From positions 806,001-870,000 of the forward strand of contig NC_092006.1 of NCBI RefSeq assembly GCF_044704955.1: DNA of 64,000 bases, in the 5' to 3' direction. Positions within the stretch are counted from its first letter, which is position 1. Each line of letters starts with the position of its first letter. A program made the translations under genes and the position numbers. The notes beneath the pieces are model-generated. The model was not told the origin of the DNA. It was given only the letters and a program-made list of their open reading frames with translations, and did not search any database. This DNA is from Pristiophorus japonicus (lineage: Eukaryota). Below are positions 9,722-21,989 of this stretch, piece by piece.

Positions 9722-11581
9722 GCCTTTTGATAGGCTGCTCCCCTCTCACCCACTGCCGCTGGCTCTCGATCTCCCGCTGGGCCTTTTATAGGCTGCTCCC
9801 CTCTCACCCACTGCCGCTGGCTCTCGATCTCCCGCTGGGCCTTTTATAGGCTGCTCCCCTCTCACCCACTGCCGCTGGCTCTCGATCTCCCGCTGGGCCT
9901 TTTATAGGCTGCTCCCCTCTCACCCACTGCCGCTGGCTCTCGATCTCCACTGGGCCTTTTATAGGCTGCTCCCCTCTCACCCACTGCCGCTGGCTCTCGA
10001 TCTCCCGCTGGGCCTTTTATAGGCTGCTCCCCTCTCACCCACTGCCGCTGGCTCTCGATCTCCCGCTGGGCCTTTTATAGGCTGCTCCCCTCTCACCCAC
10101 TGCTGCTGGCTCTCGATCTCCCGCTGGGCCTTTTATAGGTCGCTCCCGCGTCTCACCAACTGCTGCTGGCTCTCGATCTCCCGCTGGGCCTTTTATAGGC
10201 TGCTCCCCTCTCACCCACTGCCGCTGGCTCTCGATCTCCCGCTGGGCCTTTTATAGGCTGCTCCCCTCTCACCCACTGCCGCTGGCTCTCGATCTCCCGC
10301 TGGGCCTTTTATAGGTCGCTCCCGCGTCTCACCAACTGCTGCTGGCTCTCGATCTCCCGCTGGGCCTTTTATAGGCTGCTCCCCTCTCACCCACTGCCGC
10401 TGGCTCTCGATCTCCCGCTGGGCCTTTTATAGGCTGCTCCCCTCTCACCCACTGCCGCTGGCTCTCGATCTCCCGCTGGGCCTTTTATAGGTCGCTCCCC
10501 TCTCACCCACTGCTGCTGGCTCTCGATCTCCCGCTGGGCCTTTTATAGGCTGCTCCCCTCTCACCCACTGCTGCTGGCTCTCGATCTCCCGCTGGGCCTT
10601 TTATAGGCTGCTCCCCTCTCACCCACTGCCGCTGGCTCTCGATCTCCCGCTGGGCCTTTTATAGGTCGCTCCCCTCTCACCCACTGCTGCTGGCTCTCGA
10701 TCTCCCGCTGGGCCTTTTATAGGCTGCTCCCCTCTCACCCACTGCCGCTGGCTCTCGATCTCCCGCTGGGCCTTTTATAGGCCGCTCCCGCGTCTCACCA
10801 ACTGCCGCTGGCTCTCGATCTCCCGCTGGGCCTTTTATAGGCTGCTCCCCTCTCATCCACTGCCGCTGGCTCTCGATCTCCCGCTGGGCCTTTTATAGGC
10901 TGCTCCCCTCTCACCCACTGCTGTTGGCTCTCGATCTCCCGCTGGGCCTTTTATAGGCTGCTCCCCTCTCACCCACTGCCGCTGGCTCTCGATCTCCCGC
11001 TGGGCCTTTTATAGGTCGCTCCCGCGTCTCACCAACTGCTGCTGGCTCTCGATCTCCCGCCGGGCCTTTTATAGGTCGCTCCCGCGTCTCACCAACTGCT
11101 GCTGGCTCTCGATCTCCCGCTGGGCCTTTTATAGGCTGCTCCCGCGTCTCACCCACTGCCGCTGGCTCTCGATCTCCCGCTGGGGCTTTTATAGGCTGCA
11201 ACCCTCTCACCAACTGCCGCTGGCTCTCGATCTCCCGCTGGGCCTTTTATAGGCTGCTCCCCTCTCACCAACTGCTGCTGGCTCTCGATCTCCCGCTGGG
11301 CCTGCGTCTCACCCACTGCTGCTGGCTCTCGATCTCCCGCTGGGCCTTTTATAGGCTGCTCCCCTCTCACCAACTGCTGCTGGCTCTCGATCTCCCGCTG
11401 GGCCTTTTATAGGCTGCTCCCCTCTCACCAACTGCTGCTGGCTCTCGATCTCCCGCTGGGCCTTTTATAGGTCGCTCCCGCGTCTCACCCACTGCTGCTG
11501 GCTCTCGATCTCCCACTGGGCCTTTTATCGGCTGCTCCCGCGTCTCACCAGCTGCCGCTGGCTCTCGATCTCCCGCTGGGC
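9722..11581 (-). repeat. ~32 tandem 58-59-bp monomers, nearly all containing TATAAAAG
   Basis: Period 58 (TAGGCTGCTC at 9731, 9789, 9847); minus-strand unit GCCTATAAAAGGCCCAGCGGGAGATCGAGAGCCAGCGGCAGTGGGTGAGAGGGGAGCA; two interspersed variants. Confidence 0.97.
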
Positions 11582-11582
11582 T

Positions 11583-12170
11583 ATACAACTGGATAGGGCG
11601 TTGGTGAGACCACAACTGGAGTATTGTGTAGAGTTTTAGTCTCCTTATTTAAGGAGGGATAAATATACTTGCATTGGGGGCAGTTCATCAGAGAAGGTTC
11701 ACTTGGTTGATTCCTGAAATGAAGGGGTTGTCATATGAAGAAAGGTTGAGCCTATAATCATTAGAGTTTAGAAGAATGAGAGGTGATCTTATACGTTCCA
11801 ATAAGATTCTGAGGGGGCTTGACAGGTTGGATGCAGAGGGCATGTTTCCTCTCATGGGGGAATTTAGAACTAGGGAGCATAGTCTCAGAATAAGGAGTTG
11901 CCCATTTAAAACGGAAATGAGGAAGAATTCCTCCTCTGAGGGTCGTGAATTTTTGAAATTTTCTACCCCAGAGAGCTGTGGAGGCTGGGTCATTGAATAA
12001 TTTTAAGGTGGAGATAGATTTTTGAAGGATAAGGGAGTCAAGGGATACAGGGAGAGGACAGGGAAGTGGAGTGGAGGCCAAGATCTGATCAGCCATGATC
12101 TTACTGAATGGCAGATTAGGCTCAAGGGACCAGATGGCCTACTCCTGCTCCTATTTCTTACGTTCTTATG
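11583..12170 (+). mobile_element. Older CR1 fragment, right part including 3' end
   Basis: Resumes the ORF2 C-terminus (LVRPQLEYCV..., MRGDLIRSNKILRGLDRLDAEGMFP) and ends TTCTTACGTTCTTATG. Confidence 0.88.
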
Positions 12171-12383
12171 ATTAAGTGTGATAGACCAGAACTGCAGTCA
12201 TATTACTTTTTACAATATATTTTTTTAAACTGCAGTTAGAAGCATGAATCACTACAGAGTACTGAAAGACTTGACCAGAGATGAAGGGGCAAAAGAAACA
12301 AATTACAAGTTGTATTTCTAGCATGTTGAGTGGCCAACATCAGCCAGATACCTGGTTGTACCAGGCATATAGGAGCCAGTCAC

Positions 12384-13333
12384 TAGAAACATAGAAAATA
12401 GGTGCAGGAGTAGGCCATTCGGCCCTTCGAGCCTGCAGCACCATTCAATAAAATCATGGCTGATCATTCACCTCAGTACCCCTTTCCTGCTTTCTCTCCA
12501 TACCCCTTTAGCCGTAAGGGCCATATCTAACTTCCTCTTGAATATATCCAACGAACTGTCATCAACAACTCTCTGCGGTAGGGTATTCCACAGGTTCACA
12601 ATTCTCTGAGTGAAGAAGTTTCTCCTCATCTCAGTCCTAAATGGCTTACCCCTTATCCTTAGACTGTGACCCCTGGTTCTGGACACCCCCAACATCGGGA
12701 ACATTCTTCCTGCATCTAACCTGTCCAGTCCCGTCAGAATTTTATACGTTTCTATGAGATCCCCTCTCATTCTTCTAAACTCCAGTGAATACAGGCCCAG
12801 TCGATCCAGTCTCTCCTCATACGTCAGTCCTGCCATCCCGGGAATCAGTCTGGTGAACCTTCGCTACACTCCCTCAATAGCAAGAACATCCTTCCTCAGA
12901 TTAGGAGACCAAAACTGAACACAATATTCCAGGTGAGGCCTCATCAAGGCCCTGTACAACTGCAGTAAGACCTCCCTGCTCCTATACTCAAATCCCCTAG
13001 TTATGAAGGCCAACATACCATTTCACCGCTTGCTGTACCTGCATGCCTACTTTCAATAACTGATGTACCATGACAGCCAGGTCTCGTTGCACCTCCCCTT
13101 TTCCTAATCTGCCGCCATTCAGATAATATTCTGCCTTCCTGTTTTTGCCACTAAAGTGGATAACCTCACATTTATCCACATTATACTGCATCTGCCATAC
13201 ATTTGCCCACTCACCTAACCTGTCCAAGTCACCTTGCAGCCTCTTAGCATCCTCCTCACAGCTCACACCGCCACCCAGCTCAGTGTCATCTGCAAACTTG
13301 GAGATACTACTCTCAATTCCTTCATCTAAATCA
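12384..13333 (-). mobile_element. 5'-truncated CR1, same family as the intact copy
   Basis: ORFs 12468-12836 and 12997-13266 closely match the ORF2 C-terminus; same CTATGTTTCTA tail. Confidence 0.93.
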
Positions 13334-14231
13334 ATTTACACACTCATATTGAATATAATTACAGGGATTGTCAGTGCCACTCCCCAATGCTTGAACACTG
13401 AATGAAATCTGATCAGCTGTTAATTATAGTTCATTAGAATATATACCAGACAAAACAATGAGAAAATGTAAGAAGTGAAATCCTGATAAACAGCTGCTTT
13501 GACAAGAAATGTTATGCTTGGTTGAGAATTTTTTTTAAACATAGGCTCCAGTATGATAAATCATCAAATGGAATGTTTGTTCTTTATCTTATCGAATCAT
13601 TCATTTTGTAGATAATTTCCATAAAAAATAACACCTTGGATTAGAATTGCTAATCTAGGGAGCTCAGGATTCAGATAGAGTCCCTTAATAATGCAGCAAT
13701 TATCAGGAATGTATTACGTGAGGCAGTCCAAGTTCAGTCTGAAAGCTGTTGAAAGGGGACCCAGATCCCTCCCCGGAAAAGGATATCATATCCCCCTGCA
13801 CAGGAGCAACAATCAAAGGGAAAGCTCAACCCACCTGCCTGTTCACTTTCAGGAATGAGAGGCTGACCAAAAGGGCATTTTAAAATGTTTGGAGTGGCCT
13901 CCCAGATTGTTTTATTTTGTCTCCTCTAAGAGTTGAAAGGCTGACGATTCCTGATATACAACAAAATAGTTGAAAGGCTGATTACAAATATCAGTTTCAA
14001 AGGCTTAACTTCCAGTGTCCTGTCCGTGACACATGCAGCAACTTTTTATGATATGCACATGACCCCCAGGCTGCAATGGGTCAGGTAAAGAAAATACATT
14101 TACAGGTGTGAAATTATCCAGAAAAGAAAATTGAAAAAATACTTGGATCTGCCAACATCCTGATATATGAAAAACAATTTTCATTTCTACAGTCATTCTG
14201 TACATTCTACATCATTCCAAGTTGTATTTCC

Positions 14232-14385
14232 TGGGAGGGAAGGGGGAGGGGGGGGGGGGGGGAAGGGGACCAGGAGGAGGGGGGAAAGGACCAGGAAGGG
14301 GGGGGGGATGTAGAGAAAGAGACCAGGAGGAGGAGGGGGGGGGGGGGGGAAGAGGAGGACCAGGAGGCGGGGTGGGGGGGGGGGA
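14232..14385 (+). repeat. G/purine-rich low-complexity tract
   Basis: Multiple long G runs with GACCAGGAGG repeats. Confidence 0.8.
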
Positions 14386-14489
14386 AATCAGATTTTAAAA
14401 AGTGTGCGTTCGCAGATCACCCAATTTGTGGGAAGCAACCATGTCCTTGGAGACACAATCACTGCATCTACTCCCAGAATACACTTGTC

Positions 14490-14882
14490 GATAGAAATAG
14501 CACATCCTCAGCAGGTCCCAAAATGCTTCACTGTTGTAATATAGGCAAACACAGCAGGCAATCTGTGTACAAGGTTCCACCAACAGCAATGATAAATGAC
14601 CAGATAATCTGATTTTATAGTATTGGCCAGGACCCTAGGAAAACGTCCTAGCTACTCGAAATAGTGTCATGGGATCTTTCATGGCTGCTTTACCTGGGGT
14701 GGGGGAGAAATGTGGCCTCGGTTTCAAGTCTCATCTGAAAGACAGCACCTCAAGACAGCGCAGCACTCGCTCAGTACTGCACTAAAGTGCCAACATAAAT
14801 TATTTGTAGAACTCTCTGAAAAGGGACTTGAACCCGTAATCCTCTTGACTCAGAAGCGAGAAACCTACCACTGAGCTAAGGT
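14490..14882 (-). mobile_element. DeuSINE-type (SacSINE1-like) SINE, near full length
   Basis: tRNA-like head (CTCAGTGGTAG...GGTTCAAGTCC on minus); Deu-domain-like GGCCTCGGTTT..TCTCATCTGAAAGACAGCACCTC..GACAGCGCAGCACTC.CTCAGTACTGCAC. Confidence 0.75.
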
Positions 14883-15360
14883 TTACAATTTGCAGGAACT
14901 ATTCAAGTTTCTGTACATCAGTCACTCTTCATACAGTGAGGCCTGCGAGTGATGGCAACAAATTGGAGCCAAATATCTTTAAACTTGTGACCTTGACAAT
15001 TAGTATTTTGCTGCTGGTGCTGTGGCACAAAAGGTAAACTCCTTTTTCTATCATTTACACAGAAGCGAGTAACAACGGAGGCAGCACCGGTCAGATCCGA
15101 AATGATGCAATCAGTTGCAGTTTTGACATTTGAATCCTGCAACTGGGAATGAAATGGAGGATGAGAAAGGAAAGGATTCATTGTTTTTGTCTGGAATTAA
15201 GAGCTGTACAACCTCTGTTCCATCAATAAGCAGGTGTGCTTTAAGAAAACCTCTTGGTTTATTGTTTAAAATCAATGATAATTGAAAGTAATTAAAGATT
15301 GAATTATCCAATTTCTGAGAGACTGCCCCATGGTTGCTGCCAAAGATATGACCTGCTTAC

Positions 15361-15491
15361 TCGATTAATCAGGCTCAAACGCACGTCAGATGATACAAGA
15401 CTAACCCGGTGAGAAAATAGCCTCCACTCAGTGTTTTCCCCAACCACACAGCTTAGATTGGAAACTTGCCCTATGCGGAAATCACAGCTGT
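15361..15491 (-). other. Candidate 131-nt internal exon of the unidentified minus-strand gene
   Basis: Branch-like TACTAAAC, TGTTATTTTTGTAG| acceptor and CGA|GTAAGC donor in non-repetitive sequence; no recognisable protein. Confidence 0.35.
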
Positions 15492-16224
15492 CTACAAAAA
15501 TAACAGTTTAGTAAAATAGGTTTGAATTGCAGACTTGACCAACTTTCACATTGTGGCTATTTGCCAATTGCAGCAGGGACACAGAGTACAGCTGAGTGTC
15601 TCAAACTGGTAGCTTGATAAAACAGGCAGACAGTGAGGATTAAAGGAATCGTAAACACATTAAGTAAGAGCAACTCACAGGCATCCAGCGGGAGCAGTGT
15701 GGAGGCTAAAGGATTTCCCCTTTCAAAGATGTAGTTCAATTAGTAAATCAGCAAAAAGACAGAATGAGTACTTTTGACAACCACTGGAGACAGGGCCAAC
15801 AGGTCCTTGTTAAGACAATAGGAGAGTGTTTTGAAGCATTGAGAGTACACTGTAGCATTAGCAAGCTGAAGAAAGCAGGCTACAAGTGGGCAGAGTTTAC
15901 AGAAAATAATAAAACAAAAAGCAGGAAAGATATGGCAGAAGAGCGGAGAGATGGTGGGAAGGAACGTGCCAGAAGGACCACAGGAAATTGTCTTTCTTTA
16001 GTAACATTTATTCAGCAATGTGTTGCATCTACTGCATTAACAGTTAAGTCAGTTATATTACCTGTTCAATTTTGGGACATAGCGTTGAATTCAGGTCAAA
16101 CTGAAAATGCCGTTTTACTCGATTGTAAGAGTGCCGAGAGAAATGAGTTTGGGCTCCCTACGCAGTTCCTTGTGGGCGACTGTCCAAAGCACAAAACTGC
16201 CCACAATTCAACACTAAACTGGCA

Positions 16225-17165
16225 GTCTCACTCGAAGATAGGAATTGGAGGTAACCTTGTGACATGGATTGGTAATTGGTGGGGTGGTAGGAGACAAAGA
16301 GTGAGGATAAAGGGAATGTTCTCTGATTGGCAGGATATCAATGACTTATACAAAGGAAGAGATTTGTAGAACCAAGTTTACAGATAATACTAAGTTAGGA
16401 GGCGCAATCAGGTGTGTAAATGGGAGCAGGAGCAGGAAGTTACAAAAAAAGACAGACCAAATGCGTGGGCAAAACTGTGGCAGATGGAGTTCAATGTGAA
16501 GTGTGAGATCACCCACTTTGGAACCGAGAAAGACATAACAGGATATTTTCTTAATAGCGAAAGGTTAGGAATTGTGGAGGTACAAAATTACTAATGGAAT
16601 GTTAGCCTTTATCTGGGTCAATGGGGAGGAAGCGATGCTTCAAGTCAGAGCCTGGGTCAGAAGCCATCTGGAGCACTGCATTCAGTTTTGGGCATCGCAT
16701 TTTATGAAAGATATCAGCCATGGACAGCGTGCAGCGGAGATTCACCAGAATGATTCCGGGTACTTAAAGGGTTAAATTATGACGACAGGTTGCATAAACT
16801 TGGTTTGCAATCCTGAGTTTCTTCGGTTGAGGTGTAATCTAGTTGAGATATTTAAAATGAGAGAGAGATTCTCTCAGAGTTACTCTGGTGGGGGAAGCCA
16901 GAACAAGGGGATATAATCTTAAAATTAGCACTAGGTCACTCAGGCAGGGAATCAGGAAGCACTTTTCCACACAAAGGCGAGTGGAAATCTGGAATGCTCT
17001 CCCAAAAAAGGCTGTAGATGCTGGGAGACAAATGAAATTTTCAAGACTGAGCAGCAATGGTATCAAGGGATGTGGATCAATAGGGTTGAGATACAGATCA
17101 ACGATAATCGAATTGAATAGAATAGGCTTGTGGGGATGAATGGCCTCCTCCTGTTCTTATGTTCC
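16225..17165 (+). mobile_element. Old degenerate CR1 3' portion
   Basis: GIGGNLVTWIGNW..RRQRV, WAKLWQMEFNVKCE, HLEHCIQFW, TRGYNLKI. Confidence 0.85.
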
Positions 17166-18879
17166 AGAACAGCCATACTGATGCAAGTAGATTTATATTC
17201 AACAGATTGTTTGGGTAGAATAACTGCAGCTTTACCCTGCTGAAATGCCATGGTCTGACTTGGAAATGCCAGGAGTGGAAAAACATTCAATTGATCTTGG
17301 AGGAGGAACACAGCATCCCCCCAAAAAACTATAAATGAGAAGAATTATCATTTTTGGAAATGAAGGTGGCATAATTTTTTTTTTTTTTAAAAACACTGTG
17401 GGTACGGTGAGAATCCAATTGGAAAAGTTTCCGAGGGTGATGGGCTACAAGTTCTGAATAATACTAGCTGAAACAGCATGGGTAATAACGTGACATCCTC
17501 ACCCTTCCAGTCAGGCTCAAGAATTCGTCCCAAAATTCATCAGAACACAAGATAAAGAATATTAAATTAGTCACATCCCCCCCACCCCCCCAACCAACCA
17601 CCCAACTTGATTTGACAAGACTCCTTATTTAACTTCAAGATTACCAGATTTCATTAGAATACAAACACGATTGACTGGAAGAAAGTCTTTGTGATCAGTA
17701 TGAAGAGCAGCTGAAATTTCCCAGCTTGTTGACACAGTACAACAGAATGTTCGACAATGCTTCCTGTCCAGCCCATAGATCACACAAGTCTACACTTTAC
17801 TTGACATCACAAGTAAATAAGAATTCAAGATCTAACAAACAAAACAAATACTACAAAAATTACTTTGCACTACTGAGAACCCGATTGCCTCCTTTAGAAA
17901 CCCACTGTTTGGCATTCACCGGGCAGACAAGAAATCCTGCAACAAACAGCAGAGGCAGTATTATCAGGTGAGGGAGACATTATTCTTTCTGCTGACAAGC
18001 TTCTGGTATTTGTCAGGGGTATTCTGTACGAATTACATTTCACATTCGGGACCATGTATTTTCCCCAGTGTTTTCTGCTAGCAGTGCAATGGTTCTATGG
18101 ACATGCCACAAGTTTGCAGCCATGAATCCCAAGATGGCAATTTCCCCTGTCCCTTGCCTCATGCCACACAACTTCCCAGGCACAGGAATTTAGTGCTAAA
18201 AAGATAAATCATATAATTTTAATTACATGTAAGATTGTGCATTGGGGGGCGGGGGAGGGGGAGGCGGGGGCTGAGGGAAGAAAGAGTCTGGGTGATTCTA
18301 CTCTGACATTTCTCCTCCCCACATGTGGCCAAATCTCAGACTGCCACACACCTCCCAACAACGGCACAGTTGGGATCAACAATTCAGGGTCTGGAGAATC
18401 ATGTGCTAGCCCACACCGAGTTACAACAACTAGCATTGTATATCGTGCCGTTGGCACAGAACAAAAGAATGTTGAGTTATAGAAGGAAGTCTAAGGAGGG
18501 ACTTGGGGTTGGAGAGGCAAAAGGAGGGAATACCAAAGTGTGTGTCCTAGACACCTGAAAGCACGCAAACCAATGGTGTGACATAAATGCAGCGTGGATA
18601 ATTAAGAGGCCAGTGTCAGAGAAATGGAGAGTTCGGCAGTGGGATCATAGGCTGGACTAAATTGGGATCACTGGGCATAGTGCAACACTCTCAAGTCGCT
18701 GACAGACCCCTTATTTTAAGGAAAAGATTCCCCACAATAAACAATTCCCTTTTTTTCAGGTTTTATTTATTTCACTTAAATATTGTGCTTTTCCTTCTCT
18801 CTGTTCTCTTTCAAACAGTTTCAGTTTGAGTAGAAGATTTTCAGCATGGTGTCAGTGCCATCTCCACAGTGCAGCGATC

Positions 18880-20620
18880 ACTCCTATCCTATTTTCTTGC
18901 TCTTTCTTCAAATTCCTCTTCAAGAAATTTATCCACCTCCCTCTGAAATGGGATTCAATAGCCACTTGCAACAATGCATTCATATTCTAAAAATCCACTG
19001 CATCAAAAATGCCTTTTAATCCCCTCCTTTATGCTGCATTTACCTACAACATGGAAATGGTGTTTGGCCCAACTAGTCTGTGTTGGCATGTATCCATCAC
19101 ACAAGTTCGAATCCCCTGTGCTCATACCCATCCTTCAATGCTACTATGGTCTCTGCTTCAGTCACTAATCTGGTGGTGTAGGCCACAGATTCTGAACCTG
19201 TGACAAGGTTTCTCCTATCTTTGTCCTAAATCTCATGTAATCTTGCACCTCAGTCCCCTCATTCCAACCCCTTCATCATTACTGCAAAGAGTCTGTTTCT
19301 ATGTCCCATTCCTTAATAATTTTAATCACAGCTATCAAATCCCCTGTAATCTCTGTTCCAACGCAAACAGCCCCAACGTTTCAAGCCTTTCTTCCTATTT
19401 GTATTTCCTTATACTATACAGCATCTAGTGAATCCCTGAAATGAGCTTCTGACCACATAACCGCACCATCACCAAGACTGCCCATCAACACCTCTGTAAC
19501 ATCGCCCGACTCCACTCCTGCCTCAACTCATTTGCTGCTGAAATCCTCATCCATCTCTTTGTTACCTGTGGACTTGACAATTCCTATGCAATCCTGGCCG
19601 GCCTCCCACATCCTACCCTACATAACCTTGAAGTTATCCAAAACTCTGCTGCTGTGTCCTAACTCGAAGCAAGCCCCGCTCACCCATAACCCCTGTACTC
19701 GCTGACCTATACAGGCTCCCAGTTAAACAACGACATGATTTTAAAATTCTCAACCTCGTTTTCAAATCCCTCCTTATCTCTCATCTCCTCCAGCCCTATA
19801 ACCATTCAAGATATCTTCACTCCTCCAATTCTGGTCTCTTAAGCATCCCAGAGTTTAATCGCTTGCCCATTGGCGGCCGTGCCTTCAGCTGCCAATGCCC
19901 TAAGCTATGGTATTCCCTTCCTAAACCTCTCCACCTCTTCACTCCTTAAAAACTAGCCCTTGACCAAGCGTCTGCCCAATATCTCACGTTGCTTGATGTC
20001 AAATATGGTTTGAAAACGCTCCTACTCATGGGACTTTTTAACTACATTAAAGGCACTATACAAGTATAAGTTGCTGTTGTTGAATCTATGCAGTACCCTT
20101 TATTGCCTCAACAGCCTTCTGCTAGCAGTCAGACCAAAACTGCTTACAGAACACCAGTTACAGTTTTAGAGATGCAACATTACAGCTCCACTATTGTATT
20201 CTATACCTCAGAAACCCAATATACCATTTTTTTCAAATGACATTATGCACTTGAGGTGTTGCTTTTGCTGTTTTGTGAACCTGAACCCCTCAAATCTTGC
20301 TATTCTTCCACATCACCCAACCCCAATCACCGCCCCCATCCACCCCAGTCATTTATTTTTACAAAATGTACATTTACTGACATTAAATTCCATCTGCCAC
20401 TTTTTTGCCCATTCCACCATCTTTATCAGTATCCCCTTACAGCTTGCTTTGGTCCTCAGAAATATTGACTATTTTGTAGTATTTTGATATTGTCTGCAAA
20501 TTTGGACACCACTCCCTCTAGCCTTTTATCTGAATCATTGATGTACAGTGAACAGGAGAAGTCCCAGAGAAGAAGCCTGTGAGACACCGCGACCCACTTC
20601 TCTGTTCTTGCAAAAATCCA
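18880..20620 (-). mobile_element. Old CR1 remnants interrupted by an L2 insertion
   Basis: Degenerate reverse-complement ORF2 sequence (e.g. TTGTCTGCAAATTTGG = KFADN) on both sides of 19435-20080. Confidence 0.55.
19435..20080 (+). mobile_element. L2 LINE 3' fragment with probable 6-bp target-site duplication
   Basis: GCTGAAATCCTCATCCAT, CACCCATAACCCCTGT, GGCGGCCGTGCCTTCAGC and a TTG-rich tail; TGAATC at 19429-19434 and 20081-20086. Confidence 0.8.
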
Positions 20621-20714
20621 ATCCTAGTTTCCCAAAGACTCTCGTCAGAATCACTCCAGTGAGTTCGCCCGTTCTGCCCCCAATACTTCAACTCATTTTT
20701 CCAAGTGCTCTTTT

Positions 20715-20925
20715 TACTTTCTGGAACACTGTTCCCCTAAAAGACTGTGGCAGCAGGGTTAATTGAGATTTTCAAGACTGTGATTGAGACATTGAGAAAT
20801 AAGGCTGTCAAGAGATATGGAACAAAGACAGGTAAAATGGAGGTGAGATACAGAAACACTACGATCGAATTAAATGCCAGAGCAGGCTGGAGGGGCTGAA
20901 TGGCCACCTCCTCTTTCTATGCTCT
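20715..20925 (+). mobile_element. CR1 3'-end fragment
   Basis: TTTTCAAGACTG..GATATGG..GAGGGGCTGAATGGCC..TTCTATG. Confidence 0.65.
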
Positions 20926-21989
20926 ATCACTGAAGTTTTAAGAGAATACTATACACAAATGCAGCTCTGCAGTGCAACTACCCGGCTGTTAGCAACCTGA
21001 CCCACTGGTAGCATTTAAGAAGTTAACCCATCACCAGGTGGAAGTCCCAATATAGCACTGGATGGGTGTGTTTACGACATGATTATTTCTGGTGACACCA
21101 CGATAGCTGCATCCTATGTCATGTGGATTTGGCAGCCCCCCTCATGGTAGCGGTGAGCGCCACTCATCCTTTCTTTCTCTTCACCATCATGAACTTTATG
21201 CGGATTAACCCCGTGGATAGAAAACATACTACACACCCAAAAATGGCCCCCCTTACATCCACCGTAACCGTTTCCCATGTTATCCTGACTAGTTGCAGCA
21301 TTGCTTTAAATCTCATTTGATTTCCATCTTGTTTCTCATTGAGATCCACATTTCACCTCATGCTAACTCTTCATCCATCAATTTCCCTTTCCACTTCCAA
21401 CTCCACCATCTGATCCAAACAAGATATGTGCACTGATGTCCTGGCTGTTCACCTCAGCTTCCCTGACTTGTCCCACTTGGATCTCCTGTAGCTAAAAACA
21501 TTCTCAACTCCATCTCACTAAATTCATATGGTGTCTTTAATGGCTCTGTTGATATGACTACACAATTTTTGGGCTAATAGTCAGAGCTCTTAACACACAT
21601 TCCTTCCCTATTTTGAACAGTATCAAACAAACAAACTCTAAAATTCACCTAATCTCTTAAGAGTTTGTCTTCACCTCCATTGTTAATTCTGGAACAGTAT
21701 CTCCTAAATCACTGCAGGGCTCAACTCACCAGTCACTTATTTGCCTCTTACATAATACCCTGCAATAAATCACAATGCAAGCCAGCCCCATCTCATCAGA
21801 CATGACAAATCAGCCAAATGTTTGCTTCACTACATCTGCCAGTCCAACTCCTGCTTTAACTCTTCACACCCATTCATCAGTAAAGTGATGTTATTCGAGC
21901 TGCATGGAAAGTTTCAGAACTTACTACCTTCTATCAATCTGAGGTAACATGTTTAGTCACATCTGATTGCTGATTGGGGGCGCACGTGC

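Larger units (their letters stand above)
5524..11581 (-). mobile_element. Full-length, apparently intact CR1 LINE with a tandem-monomer 5' end
   Basis: Order on the minus strand: monomer array, unique 5'UTR, ORF1, 77-nt spacer, ORF2, 3'UTR ending CCTATTTTCTATGTTTCTA. Confidence 0.92.

Noticed and set aside
10911-11615. Repetitive minus-strand ORFs (GDREPAAVGE...) as an extra LINE ORF
   Set aside because: They arise from the monomers, switch frame irregularly and do not connect to ORF1.
15764-16369. 201-aa plus-strand ORF
   Set aside because: The C-terminus is a CR1 RT remnant and the rest has no recognisable homology or exon structure.
18360-18452. Inverted repeats AACGGCAC/GTGCCGTT and TGCTAG/CTAGCA as a structured RNA
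   Set aside because: The right arm coincides with a degenerate L2/SINE tail (ACAACAACTAGCATTGTATATCGTGCC); the short matches are probably chance.
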